53,662 nt of DNA from Candidatus Omnitrophota bacterium (lineage in GTDB: Bacteria; Omnitrophota; Gorgyraeia; M55B152), in contig JAGYNU010000001.1 in NCBI GenBank assembly GCA_018399975.1, forward strand, positions 1 to 53,662, written 5' to 3'. The translations under genes and the position numbers were made by a program. The notes under the pieces were generated by a model, which was not told the DNA's origin, searched no databases, and was given only the letters and a program-made list of their open reading frames with translations. The number at the start of each line of letters is the position of its first letter. Within the stretch, counting starts at the first letter, position 1. Positions 1-8,732 of this stretch are shown here, piece by piece.

Positions 1-28
1 TAAAAAATTTTAAAAGGTTGGATAAAAT

Positions 29-2512
29 CTAACTTTTTTTAGAAGCTGCCTTTTGTTTTTTTGTTTCTGGCTCAAATTTTAAATCATCTTTTTTCTTTGG
101 CTTCGATACCTTCACATATGAAATATCTTCCGAGAATTCTCCTGATATCAACATTTCTGACATAGGGTCTTCTATATATCTTTGAATGGTTCTCTTTAAT
201 GGCCTAGCTCCATACATTTTATCAAAACCTTTCTCGATAAGAAATTCTTTGGCCTTTTGAGTAAGGTTTATTTCTAAGTCATGTTCTGCTATTCTTTTCT
301 TTACCTCTTTCAATTCTATTTCTAAAATATCATATAACTCCTCTTTAGTAAAAGACCTAAAAACTACTGTATCATCTAAACGATTTAAAAACTCCGGTTT
401 AAACGTATTGTTTATTTTATCCAGCAAATCCTGCTTCATACGTTGAAAACTTACTTCTGTTTGTTGAGATTTAAAACCTATAGAACCTTGTTTACGAAAC
501 AAATCCGCACCAACATTTGAAGTCATTATTAAAAGGGTATTACGAAAATCTACCTTTCTACCATAACTATCTGTAAGCCTACCATCTTCCAGTATCTGTA
601 ACAAAATATTAAATACATCTGGATGAGCTTTTTCTATTTCATCTAATAATACTACAGAATATGGCCTACGTCTTATACGCTCTGTTAACTGTCCTCCTTC
701 TTCATACCCAACATATCCAGGAGGAGCTCCAACTAATCTTGAAACATTAAACTTTTCCATATATTCAGACATATCTAATTGGATAAGCGCTTCTTCATCT
801 CCAAACAAAAATTCGGCCAATGCTCTGGCAAGTAAAGTTTTACCAACACCTGTAGGGCCTACAAATATAAATGAACCAATAGGCCTTTTAGGATTTTTTA
901 ACCCTGCACGCGAACGTCTAACAGCACGAGCAATAATACCTATTGCTTTTTCTTGCCCCACTACTCTTTTATATATACTTTCTTCCATATGAAGCAATTT
1001 TTCGCTTTCTTTTTCTTCTAATTTAAAAACAGGTATTCCTGTAGAATCAGAAACTATTATAGCGATATCTTCTTCTGTAACCGTAGGTTGTTCTTCATGT
1101 TTCTTTTTATCCCATTCTTCCTTTTCCTCATCTAATTGCTTTCTATATTTATTTTGTTTATCTCTCAATTTAGCAGCCTTTTCAAAATCTTGACCTTTTA
1201 TAGCCGCTTCTTTTTCTTTATCTACATGTTCAATTTCTTTTTCCAAATCTTTTATAGACTGAGGGACTGTCATTACAGACAATCTAGCTTTTGAACCAGC
1301 TTCATCAATTAAATCTATAGCTTTATCAGGCAAATACCTACCAGTAATATATCTATCAGAAAGTTTTGCAGCAGCTTCTAAGGTTTTATCTAACATTTTT
1401 ACCTTGTGATGGGCTTCATATCGATCTCTTAGCCCTTTTAAAATTTCTATAGTTTCTTCAATACTGGGAGGATTAACCATAATAGTTTGGAAACGTCTTT
1501 CTAAAGCAGAATCCTTTTCGATATGCTTTCTATACTCATCTAAAGTCGTAGCTCCTATACACTGCAATTCACCCCGTGATAAAGCAGGCTTTAAAATATT
1601 AGAAGCATCTATCGCACCTTCAGCACCGCCAGCTCCAACTAACGTATGTAACTCGTCTATAAACATGATAACATCTTCAGACTTCTTAATTTCTTCCATT
1701 ACAGCTTTTATCCTCTCCTCAAATTGCCCTCTATACTTTGTTCCCGCTACCATCAAACCTAAATCCATAGTAATAACTCTTCTATTTCTCAAAACTTCAG
1801 GAATGTCGTTATTAACAATTCTCTGTGCTAAACCTTCAACTATAGCAGTTTTCCCCACGCCTGCTTCACCTAAAAGAACAGGATTATTTTTAGTGCGCCT
1901 ACTTAAAATTTGTACCACCCTACCAATTTCTTTATCTCTCCCTATTACAGGGTCCAATTTGTGTTCTTTAGCCATAGCAGTAATATCTCTACCAAATGAA
2001 TCCAGTGCCGGAGTTTCGCTTTTAGTTTTTCCAGAATCTCCTAAATTATACATAGAAGCTCCTCCCCCCGTAGAAGAAGGGCCTAATAATCTAGTTATTG
2101 CTTTTCTAACTTTATCTATATCCAAATCCATATTCGAAAGTACACGACTGGCAATACCTTCTCCCTCTCTTACCAAACCTAATAATAAATGTTCTGTCCC
2201 AATATAATTATGTCCCATAGTACGAGCCTCTTCCATAGCTAATTCTATAATTTTCTTAGCCTTAGGAGTAAAAGGAATATCACCAGACACTATTGTGCTG
2301 GGTCCAGGTTTTACTAATTTCTCAATTTCTATTCTTAATTTATCTAAACTTAAACCCATTTTCCTAAGTACAGTGGCAGCTACCCCTTCACCTTCTTTTA
2401 TTAACCCCAATAATATGTGCTCGGTCCCAATATAATCATGATTAAACCTTTTTGCTTCTTCTTTTGCTAATAATATTACTTTACGAGCTCTTTCCGTAAA
2501 CCGGTTAAACAT
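29..2512 (-). CDS. clpC: ATP-dependent Clp protease ATP-binding subunit ClpC
   Basis: Duplicated Clp_N repeats (GTEHILLGL / GTEHLLLGL). Two AAA+ modules with Walker A GEAGVGKT and GPTGVGKT, and a UVR-like linker (FEKAAKLRD). Start taken at MFNRFTERARK, preceded by AGAGGTGA; the track ORF starts 7 codons earlier. Confidence 0.95.
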   Translation of the reverse strand: MFNRFTERARKVILLAKEEAKRFNHDYIGTEHILLGLIKEGEGVAATVLRKMGLSLDKLRIEIEKLVKPGPSTIVSGDIPFTPKAKKIIELAMEEARTMGHNYIGTEHLLLGLVREGEGIASRVLSNMDLDIDKVRKAITRLLGPSSTGGGASMYNLGDSGKTKSETPALDSFGRDITAMAKEHKLDPVIGRDKEIGRVVQILSRRTKNNPVLLGEAGVGKTAIVEGLAQRIVNNDIPEVLRNRRVITMDLGLMVAGTKYRGQFEERIKAVMEEIKKSEDVIMFIDELHTLVGAGGAEGAIDASNILKPALSRGELQCIGATTLDEYRKHIEKDSALERRFQTIMVNPPSIEETIEILKGLRDRYEAHHKVKMLDKTLEAAAKLSDRYITGRYLPDKAIDLIDEAGSKARLSVMTVPQSIKDLEKEIEHVDKEKEAAIKGQDFEKAAKLRDKQNKYRKQLDEEKEEWDKKKHEEQPTVTEEDIAIIVSDSTGIPVFKLEEKESEKLLHMEESIYKRVVGQEKAIGIIARAVRRSRAGLKNPKRPIGSFIFVGPTGVGKTLLARALAEFLFGDEEALIQLDMSEYMEKFNVSRLVGAPPGYVGYEEGGQLTERIRRRPYSVVLLDEIEKAHPDVFNILLQILEDGRLTDSYGRKVDFRNTLLIMTSNVGADLFRKQGSIGFKSQQTEVSFQRMKQDLLDKINNTFKPEFLNRLDDTVVFRSFTKEELYDILEIELKEVKKRIAEHDLEINLTQKAKEFLIEKGFDKMYGARPLKRTIQRYIEDPMSEMLISGEFSEDISYVKVSKPKKKDDLKFEPETKKQKAASKKS

Positions 2513-2540
2513 TTTATCACCTCTTTTCTTCAATCATAAT

Positions 2541-3590
2541 CTACTTTTTTAATTTATCTTTTATTATTTCAGCACGTTTTTCATCTCTTTGTGCAGAATT
2601 AAGTTTCTTACCTGCAACTTTTTGAATATGTGCAGGCTGAATAATTATAAACAACTCATTTATGAACCTGCTATTTATTCCGTTAACTATATCTAAATCT
2701 GAGCCTAAACGCAAATTTGAAAGTAAATCTATTGTTTCGGAACTAGAAATAACTTTAGCATTACTTAAAACGCCATAAGCTCTCCAAATTTTATCTTCCA
2801 ACATTTTTCTTTGATTATTCAATTGATTTATTCTAGATTGTTTTTCTTGACTTATAATCTGTTTTATAACTCTTGATAAACTATCTATTATCTCATCTTC
2901 AGAATACCCTAATGTAATTTGGTTAGATACTTGAAAAAAATTTCCAGTAGCATCACTACCCTCACCATAAAAACCTCTAACAGCAAGAGATAATTTCGCA
3001 ATTGCTTGTAATACTTTATTGATTTGATTTGTCATTACCAAACTCGGTAAATGCAACATAACTGAAGCACGCATTCCAGTCCCTGTGTTTGTAGGACATG
3101 CTGTAAGATAACCCCAATTATTAGAAAAAGCATATTCTAATTTTCCGCTAAGGTCTTCATCTATAACTTTAACAATATCCCATGCACCCTGTAAGTTAAA
3201 TCCAGACTTTATAGCTTGCATTCTTAAATGGTCTTCTTCATTTATCATAATACTTAAAGTTTCATTATTTTTTATCACTACTGCTTTAGAACCACCCGGT
3301 TGAATATGTTCTTTACTAACTAAATGCCTCTCAAGAAGTAAATTCTTATCTACTTCATCTAATTCATCTATAATGCAAAACAAATGTTCCTTCATTAATT
3401 CATGGTTAATAACTACTGGTTTTATAATATCAAGGATTTGTTTTTTTTGTTTTTCATTTGCCCAATGCGAAAATGGAATCTTCTCTAAATTTCTAGCCAA
3501 TCTTATACGACTTGAAACAACTATATCAGAAGAATCACCTGTGCCTTTTAACCATTCACTAGTTTGCCCTAATAAATCACTTAATTCCAT
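2541..3590 (-). CDS. mcsB: protein arginine kinase McsB (ATP:guanido phosphotransferase family)
   Basis: Guanido-kinase signature CPTNTGTGMRASVMLHLP, about 350 aa, located between mcsA and clpC. Confidence 0.9.
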   Translation of the reverse strand: MELSDLLGQTSEWLKGTGDSSDIVVSSRIRLARNLEKIPFSHWANEKQKKQILDIIKPVVINHELMKEHLFCIIDELDEVDKNLLLERHLVSKEHIQPGGSKAVVIKNNETLSIMINEEDHLRMQAIKSGFNLQGAWDIVKVIDEDLSGKLEYAFSNNWGYLTACPTNTGTGMRASVMLHLPSLVMTNQINKVLQAIAKLSLAVRGFYGEGSDATGNFFQVSNQITLGYSEDEIIDSLSRVIKQIISQEKQSRINQLNNQRKMLEDKIWRAYGVLSNAKVISSSETIDLLSNLRLGSDLDIVNGINSRFINELFIIIQPAHIQKVAGKKLNSAQRDEKRAEIIKDKLKK

Positions 3591-3612
3591 AAACCATCCC
3601 TTTTTAAAAACA

Positions 3613-4140
3613 TTACTTTTCCTTGCTTTTATTTTTCTTTAACTCTTTTATTTTATCTCTAATTTCAGCAGCCTTTTCAAACTCTTCTTTATCAATAGCA
3701 ATTTGCATCGCTTCTTTTAATTTATTTATTTCAGATTCTTCAGATTTAACTTTTGCTTGAGTTTTTTTAACCTTACCAGTTTCTTTTACAGGCGCAGAAC
3801 CTACATGTTTGGTAGCCCTGTGTATTCTTTTAAGTAAAGGCTTTAAATTAGATTCAAAAGTAGTATAACATTTACTGCAACCCAACCGACCAATTTTTCT
3901 AAACTCCTCATACGTTAATCCACAATTAGGACATTTTAAAGTACTTTTCTTTGTTTCTTCGATAGGCGTCTCAAAATCTGATAAACCTGCAAGTAAATCT
4001 GCAAGACCAAAATGCTGTTCCATCTGAAAACTTTTCTTTTTTGCACATTCCTCACAAAGATGCAATTCAGTCATTTTATTATTGATAATCTCTGTAATAT
4101 GCACAGTAGCTTCCCTTTTATGACATATATCGCATAACAT
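3613..4140 (-). CDS. mcsA: McsA-like activator of arginine kinase (UvrB/UvrC-motif protein)
   Basis: N-terminal CxxC pairs (CDIC...CEEC, CPNC...CSKC) and a C-terminal UVR motif EEFEKAAEIRDKI. Lies directly upstream of mcsB. Confidence 0.8.
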   Translation of the reverse strand: MLCDICHKREATVHITEIINNKMTELHLCEECAKKKSFQMEQHFGLADLLAGLSDFETPIEETKKSTLKCPNCGLTYEEFRKIGRLGCSKCYTTFESNLKPLLKRIHRATKHVGSAPVKETGKVKKTQAKVKSEESEINKLKEAMQIAIDKEEFEKAAEIRDKIKELKKNKSKEK

Positions 4141-4157
4141 GTGATATCCCCTCTTTT

Positions 4158-5033
4158 TTATAAACTATATTTAACCCCATCTTTTCTTACTACTTTCCTA
4201 AAAGCTTCAAGTAATCTTTGAGTCATTGGGCCAGGTTTACCATCTCCGATTTTACGCCCGTCTATTTCTATCACAGGAATTATTTCCGCAGCTGTCCCTG
4301 TTAAAAAACATTCATCGCTAATATACATCTCATGGCGAGTCATTACATGTTCATGCCTAAGAATATTAAAGTTGTCAGCAATCTCCAGAACAGCATCTCG
4401 AGTTATTCCTCTTAAGCTACCCATACATTGAGGAGGAGTATAAATATTATCATTTTTAATAACAAAAATATTATCTCCCGAACATTCTGCTACATATCCA
4501 ATGCTGTCTAACATTATGGCTTCGTTAAAACCGCTATTAATAGCTTCTATTTTTGCTAATATATTATTTAAATAATTCAAAGATTTAATTTGAGGGTTTA
4601 AAGCTTCAGGATGATTTCTAACAGTAGGCACCGTAATAATTTTTAGTCCTTTTTTATAAAATTCTTCAGGATACAAAACAATTTTATCTACTATAATAAT
4701 AAGGGTTTCGTTACCTTTACATTTACGGGGATCCAAGCCTAAATCGCCCTCGCCTCTCGTTACCACTACTCTTATATAAGCATTTTCTAAGCCATTAACC
4801 TTTATAGTATTTATTATCGCTTCTTGTAATTCATCTTTACTTAATGGAATATTTAACATAATAGATTTTGCTGATTCAAATAATCTATCAATATGTTCTT
4901 TTAACTTGAAAACTAAACAATCATAAGACCTTATACCTTCAAACACTCCATCTCCATATAATAAACCATGGTCAAATACAGAAATTTTAGCTTCTTTCTT
5001 ATCTTTTAATTCCCCGTCAATAAAAACCTTCAC
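4158..5033 (-). CDS. ilvE: branched-chain amino acid aminotransferase (class IV PLP enzyme)
   Basis: 291 aa with class IV aminotransferase pattern (FDHGLLYGDGVFEGIR, ECSGDNIFV, LRGITR). A D-amino-acid aminotransferase cannot be excluded. Confidence 0.8.
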   Translation of the reverse strand: MKVFIDGELKDKKEAKISVFDHGLLYGDGVFEGIRSYDCLVFKLKEHIDRLFESAKSIMLNIPLSKDELQEAIINTIKVNGLENAYIRVVVTRGEGDLGLDPRKCKGNETLIIIVDKIVLYPEEFYKKGLKIITVPTVRNHPEALNPQIKSLNYLNNILAKIEAINSGFNEAIMLDSIGYVAECSGDNIFVIKNDNIYTPPQCMGSLRGITRDAVLEIADNFNILRHEHVMTRHEMYISDECFLTGTAAEIIPVIEIDGRKIGDGKPGPMTQRLLEAFRKVVRKDGVKYSL

Positions 5034-5036
5034 TTT

Positions 5037-5735
5037 TTATACCTCCCGCTTATACTGGTAAATCCTGCCATCCTCTATAAACAATTGCCTTTTGGCTATC
5101 GAAGACATACTTTTTTGATGCGTTACTATTATTATAGTTTGTTTCTCTTGATTATGCAAGTATGTTAATAATTCACATATATGTTGAGCATTATTAGAAT
5201 CTAAATTACCTGTCGGCTCATCACATAAAAGTATTTCAGGCTCTAAAATCATCGCTCTTGCTATTGCTACACGTTGTTGCTCGCCTCCTGAAATTTGATT
5301 GGGCATATAATTAAATCTATGTTGCATATTAACAGACTCAAGAATATTTTTTGCTTTTCTAATCAGCTCTTTCTTTTTATAATTCTTAGATATCAACCCC
5401 GGTAAAATTACGTTTTCCAACACTGTGAACTCAGGTAATAAATGATAAAACTGAAAAACAAAACCAAAAACCTTATTTCTTAAATTAGCTAAAACATAAT
5501 CTTTCATATTATATATATCTTTTTTATTAAAAAATATATTACCATCATCTGGTTTATCTAACCCTCCGATTATATGAAGTAATGTAGATTTTCCAGCACC
5601 AGAAGGCCCTTGTATAGAAATAAAATCATTTTTATCTACCACAAGGTTAATATTTTTTAAAACATGTAATTTTCTGATCCCGTCAGAATAAAATTTGTTT
5701 ACATTATTAATTTCCAACATATCATAAACCCTCAT
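5037..5735 (-). CDS. lolD: lipoprotein-releasing ABC transporter ATP-binding protein LolD
   Basis: Walker [13 protein letters not shown] signature [14 protein letters not shown], Walker [12 protein letters not shown]. Overlaps the upstream FtsX-type permease gene by 4 nt. Confidence 0.85.
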   Translation of the reverse strand: MRVYDMLEINNVNKFYSDGIRKLHVLKNINLVVDKNDFISIQGPSGAGKSTLLHIIGGLDKPDDGNIFFNKKDIYNMKDYVLANLRNKVFGFVFQFYHLLPEFTVLENVILPGLISKNYKKKELIRKAKNILESVNMQHRFNYMPNQISGGEQQRVAIARAMILEPEILLCDEPTGNLDSNNAQHICELLTYLHNQEKQTIIIVTHQKSMSSIAKRQLFIEDGRIYQYKREV

Positions 5736-6913
5736 TCATATCTTATTGCATCAGCAGGATTAAGCTTAGAAGCACAAATAGCAGGATAAATAGAAGCTAT
5801 AACAGATAAAAATATAGCACTAAAAACAATAATTCCTATATCTAACCACTGAATTTGTACAGGTAAAGTATTAATATAATAAACATCCTCAGGTAAACTT
5901 ATAAATTGGTACTCTGAAAGAATATAACATATTCCCAGCCCTAAAACCCCTCCTAAAAAAGATCCGCCTATTCCAAATATTGTTCCTTGATAAGTGAAAA
6001 TTTTCCTTACAAATCTATTGGATGCCCCAAGAGACTTTAAAATACCTATATCTTTTGTTTTTTCCATAACTATCATTATTAAAGTTCCAACTATACTAAA
6101 ACAGGCCACCATAACAATTAAAGTTAAAATTACAAACATTGTAGTCTTTTCTAATTTCAAGGCGGAAAATAAATTTTTATTTCTATCCTGCCAAGACTTA
6201 ATTTGATAAGATAATCCTAAATCAAAAATTAAATTTCTTTTTATGTGATTAGTTTTATACGGGTCTTCAATTCTAACGCCAATGCCATTCACTAACCCCA
6301 CAGCATCAAAAATTTTTTGAGCAGAAAAAAGGTCAATAAATACCAAATTAACATCATATTCATACATTCCTGATTCAAATATTCCAACTAATGTAAAATC
6401 TACAGGCCTAGCGCTTAAAGGAGTAATCAATTTTACTTTATCTTTTAAACTAATACCTATCTGTTTTACTAACTCACTTCCTAAGACTATCTCAAAATTA
6501 TTATTAGGCAAAATACCTTTAACTATATACTTATCTATATTAGTAACTTTTTTTTCTCTATCAGCATCAATCCCTCTTAAAATAATCCCGCTAGCATATT
6601 CCTTGTAACGTATAATACCTTCACCAAGAAGATAAGGAGATGCTGAAACAACCAACTCCTGATTTTGTATTTCATCTATAACTTGATTATAATCAAAGAT
6701 ACCTTCCAAAGATTCTATACTTAGATGAGGATAAGTGCCTATAATTTTTTCTTTTAATTCTTTTTCAAACCCGCCCATAACAGACAATACAACAATAAGC
6801 GACATAACTCCTAAGGCTATACCTATCATAGAAATTGCACTTATAAAAGAAACAAACTTACGGCCTGTTTTTCTCATTAAATATCTATATCCAATAAAAA
6901 ACTCTGTTTTCAT
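5732..6913 (-). CDS. lolC: lipoprotein-releasing system permease LolC/LolE family (FtsX/MacB-type)
   Basis: 393 aa with an N-terminal TM, a periplasmic domain and a C-terminal FtsX-like 3-TM bundle. Coupled to lolD. Confidence 0.85.
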   Translation of the reverse strand: MKTEFFIGYRYLMRKTGRKFVSFISAISMIGIALGVMSLIVVLSVMGGFEKELKEKIIGTYPHLSIESLEGIFDYNQVIDEIQNQELVVSASPYLLGEGIIRYKEYASGIILRGIDADREKKVTNIDKYIVKGILPNNNFEIVLGSELVKQIGISLKDKVKLITPLSARPVDFTLVGIFESGMYEYDVNLVFIDLFSAQKIFDAVGLVNGIGVRIEDPYKTNHIKRNLIFDLGLSYQIKSWQDRNKNLFSALKLEKTTMFVILTLIVMVACFSIVGTLIMIVMEKTKDIGILKSLGASNRFVRKIFTYQGTIFGIGGSFLGGVLGLGICYILSEYQFISLPEDVYYINTLPVQIQWLDIGIIVFSAIFLSVIASIYPAICASKLNPADAIRYE

Positions 6914-6966
6914 AATAAAAAAGTAGTAAAGATAAATTTATTAATGATTAGTATTGTTGTATTTAT

Positions 6967-8388
6967 CTAACGAGGTTTTAATTGCGGGAAAAGAATTACG
7001 TCCCGTATGGTTGAATTATTAGTAAATAACATAACCAACCTATCTATACCTACCCCTAATCCACCCGCTGGGGGCATGCCATACTCCAATGCTTCAATAT
7101 AATCTTCATCTATGCTTGATTTTTTATTGCCTTCATATTTCAACTGTTCTTTAAACCTGATTTCCTGTTCCTCTGGGTCATTTAATTCACTATACGCATT
7201 CGCTATCTCCATACCTCCAATGAATAATTCAAACCTTTCGCTTAAATCAGGATTATCTGGCTTAACCTTAGCCAAAGGGCACATATCCTTTAAATAATCT
7301 ATTACAAAAATAGGAACATTAGATAATCTTTCTTCAACTAAATCTTCCGAGATATTCAAAATCTGAGACCTGCTTATTTCTCTACCTTTTATACCTACTT
7401 TCTTTCTTATAGCTTTCATCACTTCCTCTGAAGTTACATTTTTGGGATCAAAACCTAAAGCCTCTACAAAAGATAATTGTTTCCACGGGGTAGACAAATT
7501 TATCTTTTCTCCATTAAATTCAATTTTCTTATCTTTACCTATATTTTCACAAACATATGTTATTAAATCCTGAGTCAGCTTTATCATATCATTAAAATCT
7601 GCATAAGCTTTATAAATCTCAAGCATTGTAAATTCTGGATTATGCCTTGTTGATATTCCTTCATTTCTGAAACTGCGATTAATTTCATAAACTTTTTCAT
7701 AGCCTCCTACTAATAATCTTTTAAGATAAAGTTCTGGAGCTATCCTCAAATATAAATCCATATCATATACATTAAGATGAGTTTTAAAAGGCGACCCTGC
7801 AGCTCCTCCAGGTATTTGATGTAACATAGGAGTTTCTACTTCTAAATAACCACGAGAATCAAGAAATTCTCTGATTTTAGCAATTATATGAGCACGTGTT
7901 TGAAAAAACTTTTGAACTTCATTACTGGAAATTAAATCTAAATACCTTTTTCTATATCTTTCCTCTACATCTTTTAAGCCATGCCATTTTTCAGGTATAG
8001 GACGAATAGCTTTGGAAAGCAATTTAAATGTTTCAACTTGAATAGTATACTCTCCGGTTCTCGTTTTAACAGTTTTTCCCATTACGGCTAATATATCCCC
8101 TACATCTAATTTCTTAAATAAAGCAAATTGTTCTTGTAATTCCTTTTCGCTTAGATATATCTGAATTTTATTTCCATTACTTTTTATATCGGCAAAAATT
8201 ACCTTACCATGTTCTCTAACACCTATAAGCCTTCCTGCACATGAAACTGTTTGCTTTTCTTTAAATCTTTTCACTATATCTTGAATAGAATCCTTAATAT
8301 CAAACTTTACCTTATAAGGATTAAGTCCTAATTTATTAAACTCTTTTAATTTTTCCAGTCTTTTTTGTCTTAACTCTTTAATTCCCAT
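6967..8388 (-). CDS. lysS: lysine--tRNA ligase (class II)
   Basis: OB anticodon domain plus class II core motifs (FRNEGISTRHNPEFTMLE, GGLGVGIDRLVM). Confidence 0.95.
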   Translation of the reverse strand: MGIKELRQKRLEKLKEFNKLGLNPYKVKFDIKDSIQDIVKRFKEKQTVSCAGRLIGVREHGKVIFADIKSNGNKIQIYLSEKELQEQFALFKKLDVGDILAVMGKTVKTRTGEYTIQVETFKLLSKAIRPIPEKWHGLKDVEERYRKRYLDLISSNEVQKFFQTRAHIIAKIREFLDSRGYLEVETPMLHQIPGGAAGSPFKTHLNVYDMDLYLRIAPELYLKRLLVGGYEKVYEINRSFRNEGISTRHNPEFTMLEIYKAYADFNDMIKLTQDLITYVCENIGKDKKIEFNGEKINLSTPWKQLSFVEALGFDPKNVTSEEVMKAIRKKVGIKGREISRSQILNISEDLVEERLSNVPIFVIDYLKDMCPLAKVKPDNPDLSERFELFIGGMEIANAYSELNDPEEQEIRFKEQLKYEGNKKSSIDEDYIEALEYGMPPAGGLGVGIDRLVMLFTNNSTIRDVILFPQLKPR

Positions 8389-8430
8389 AGTATTATTTAA
8401 TATTTAAAATTATACAACCAAAAATGCAAA

Positions 8431-8638
8431 TTTTAGGGTCATTCTTAATTAATGTGAACAAATTTCTATAACTTAATGATTTGCAAACTATTAGGCTAAA
8501 TTTAAGAATGATCCTTGATTACACAGATTGATAGAAGATTACAAAGATTATTTTCTATTAGATATCGTCATAATCGGTTTTTAATCACTGTAATCAGATT
8601 CTTTCGATTTCACAAAAAATAAGAAAGAACCAAATTTT
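8431..8638. repeat. AT-rich dispersed repeat, long copy with a 136-nt internal segment
   Basis: The left 24 nt GGTCATTCTTAATTAATGTGAACA are identical to 39550-39573. The right 40 nt, TTCTTTCGATTTCACAAAAAATAAGAAAGAACCAAATTTT, match 39577-39616 with 3 mismatches. Confidence 0.8.
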
Positions 8639-8732
8639 ACTTAATGCAACCCAAATGTTACCTTATTATATGAATATATATTTATCCTGTCAACTTATTA
8701 ATAATCCAGGATAAAACCTCCAAAACCTGTTT

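Noticed and set aside
1665-2207. Plus-strand ORF of 180 aa inside clpC. Similar antisense ORFs are listed in the track at 3373-3642, 5994-6206, 6735-6926, 7112-7297, 10598-10780, 19740-20048, 20972-21250, 22451-23251 (minus), 23279-23482, 25707-25931, 28413-28604, 28855-29037, 29725-30138, 30242-30463, 31016-31447, 42698-42976, 44615-44857, 46373-47056, 47354-47788, 49282-49653, 51501-51710 and 53133-53333.
   Set aside because: Each lies entirely opposite a well-supported gene. They have low-complexity or hydrophobic shadow-frame composition and no SD. They are typical antisense artefacts of AT-rich genomes.
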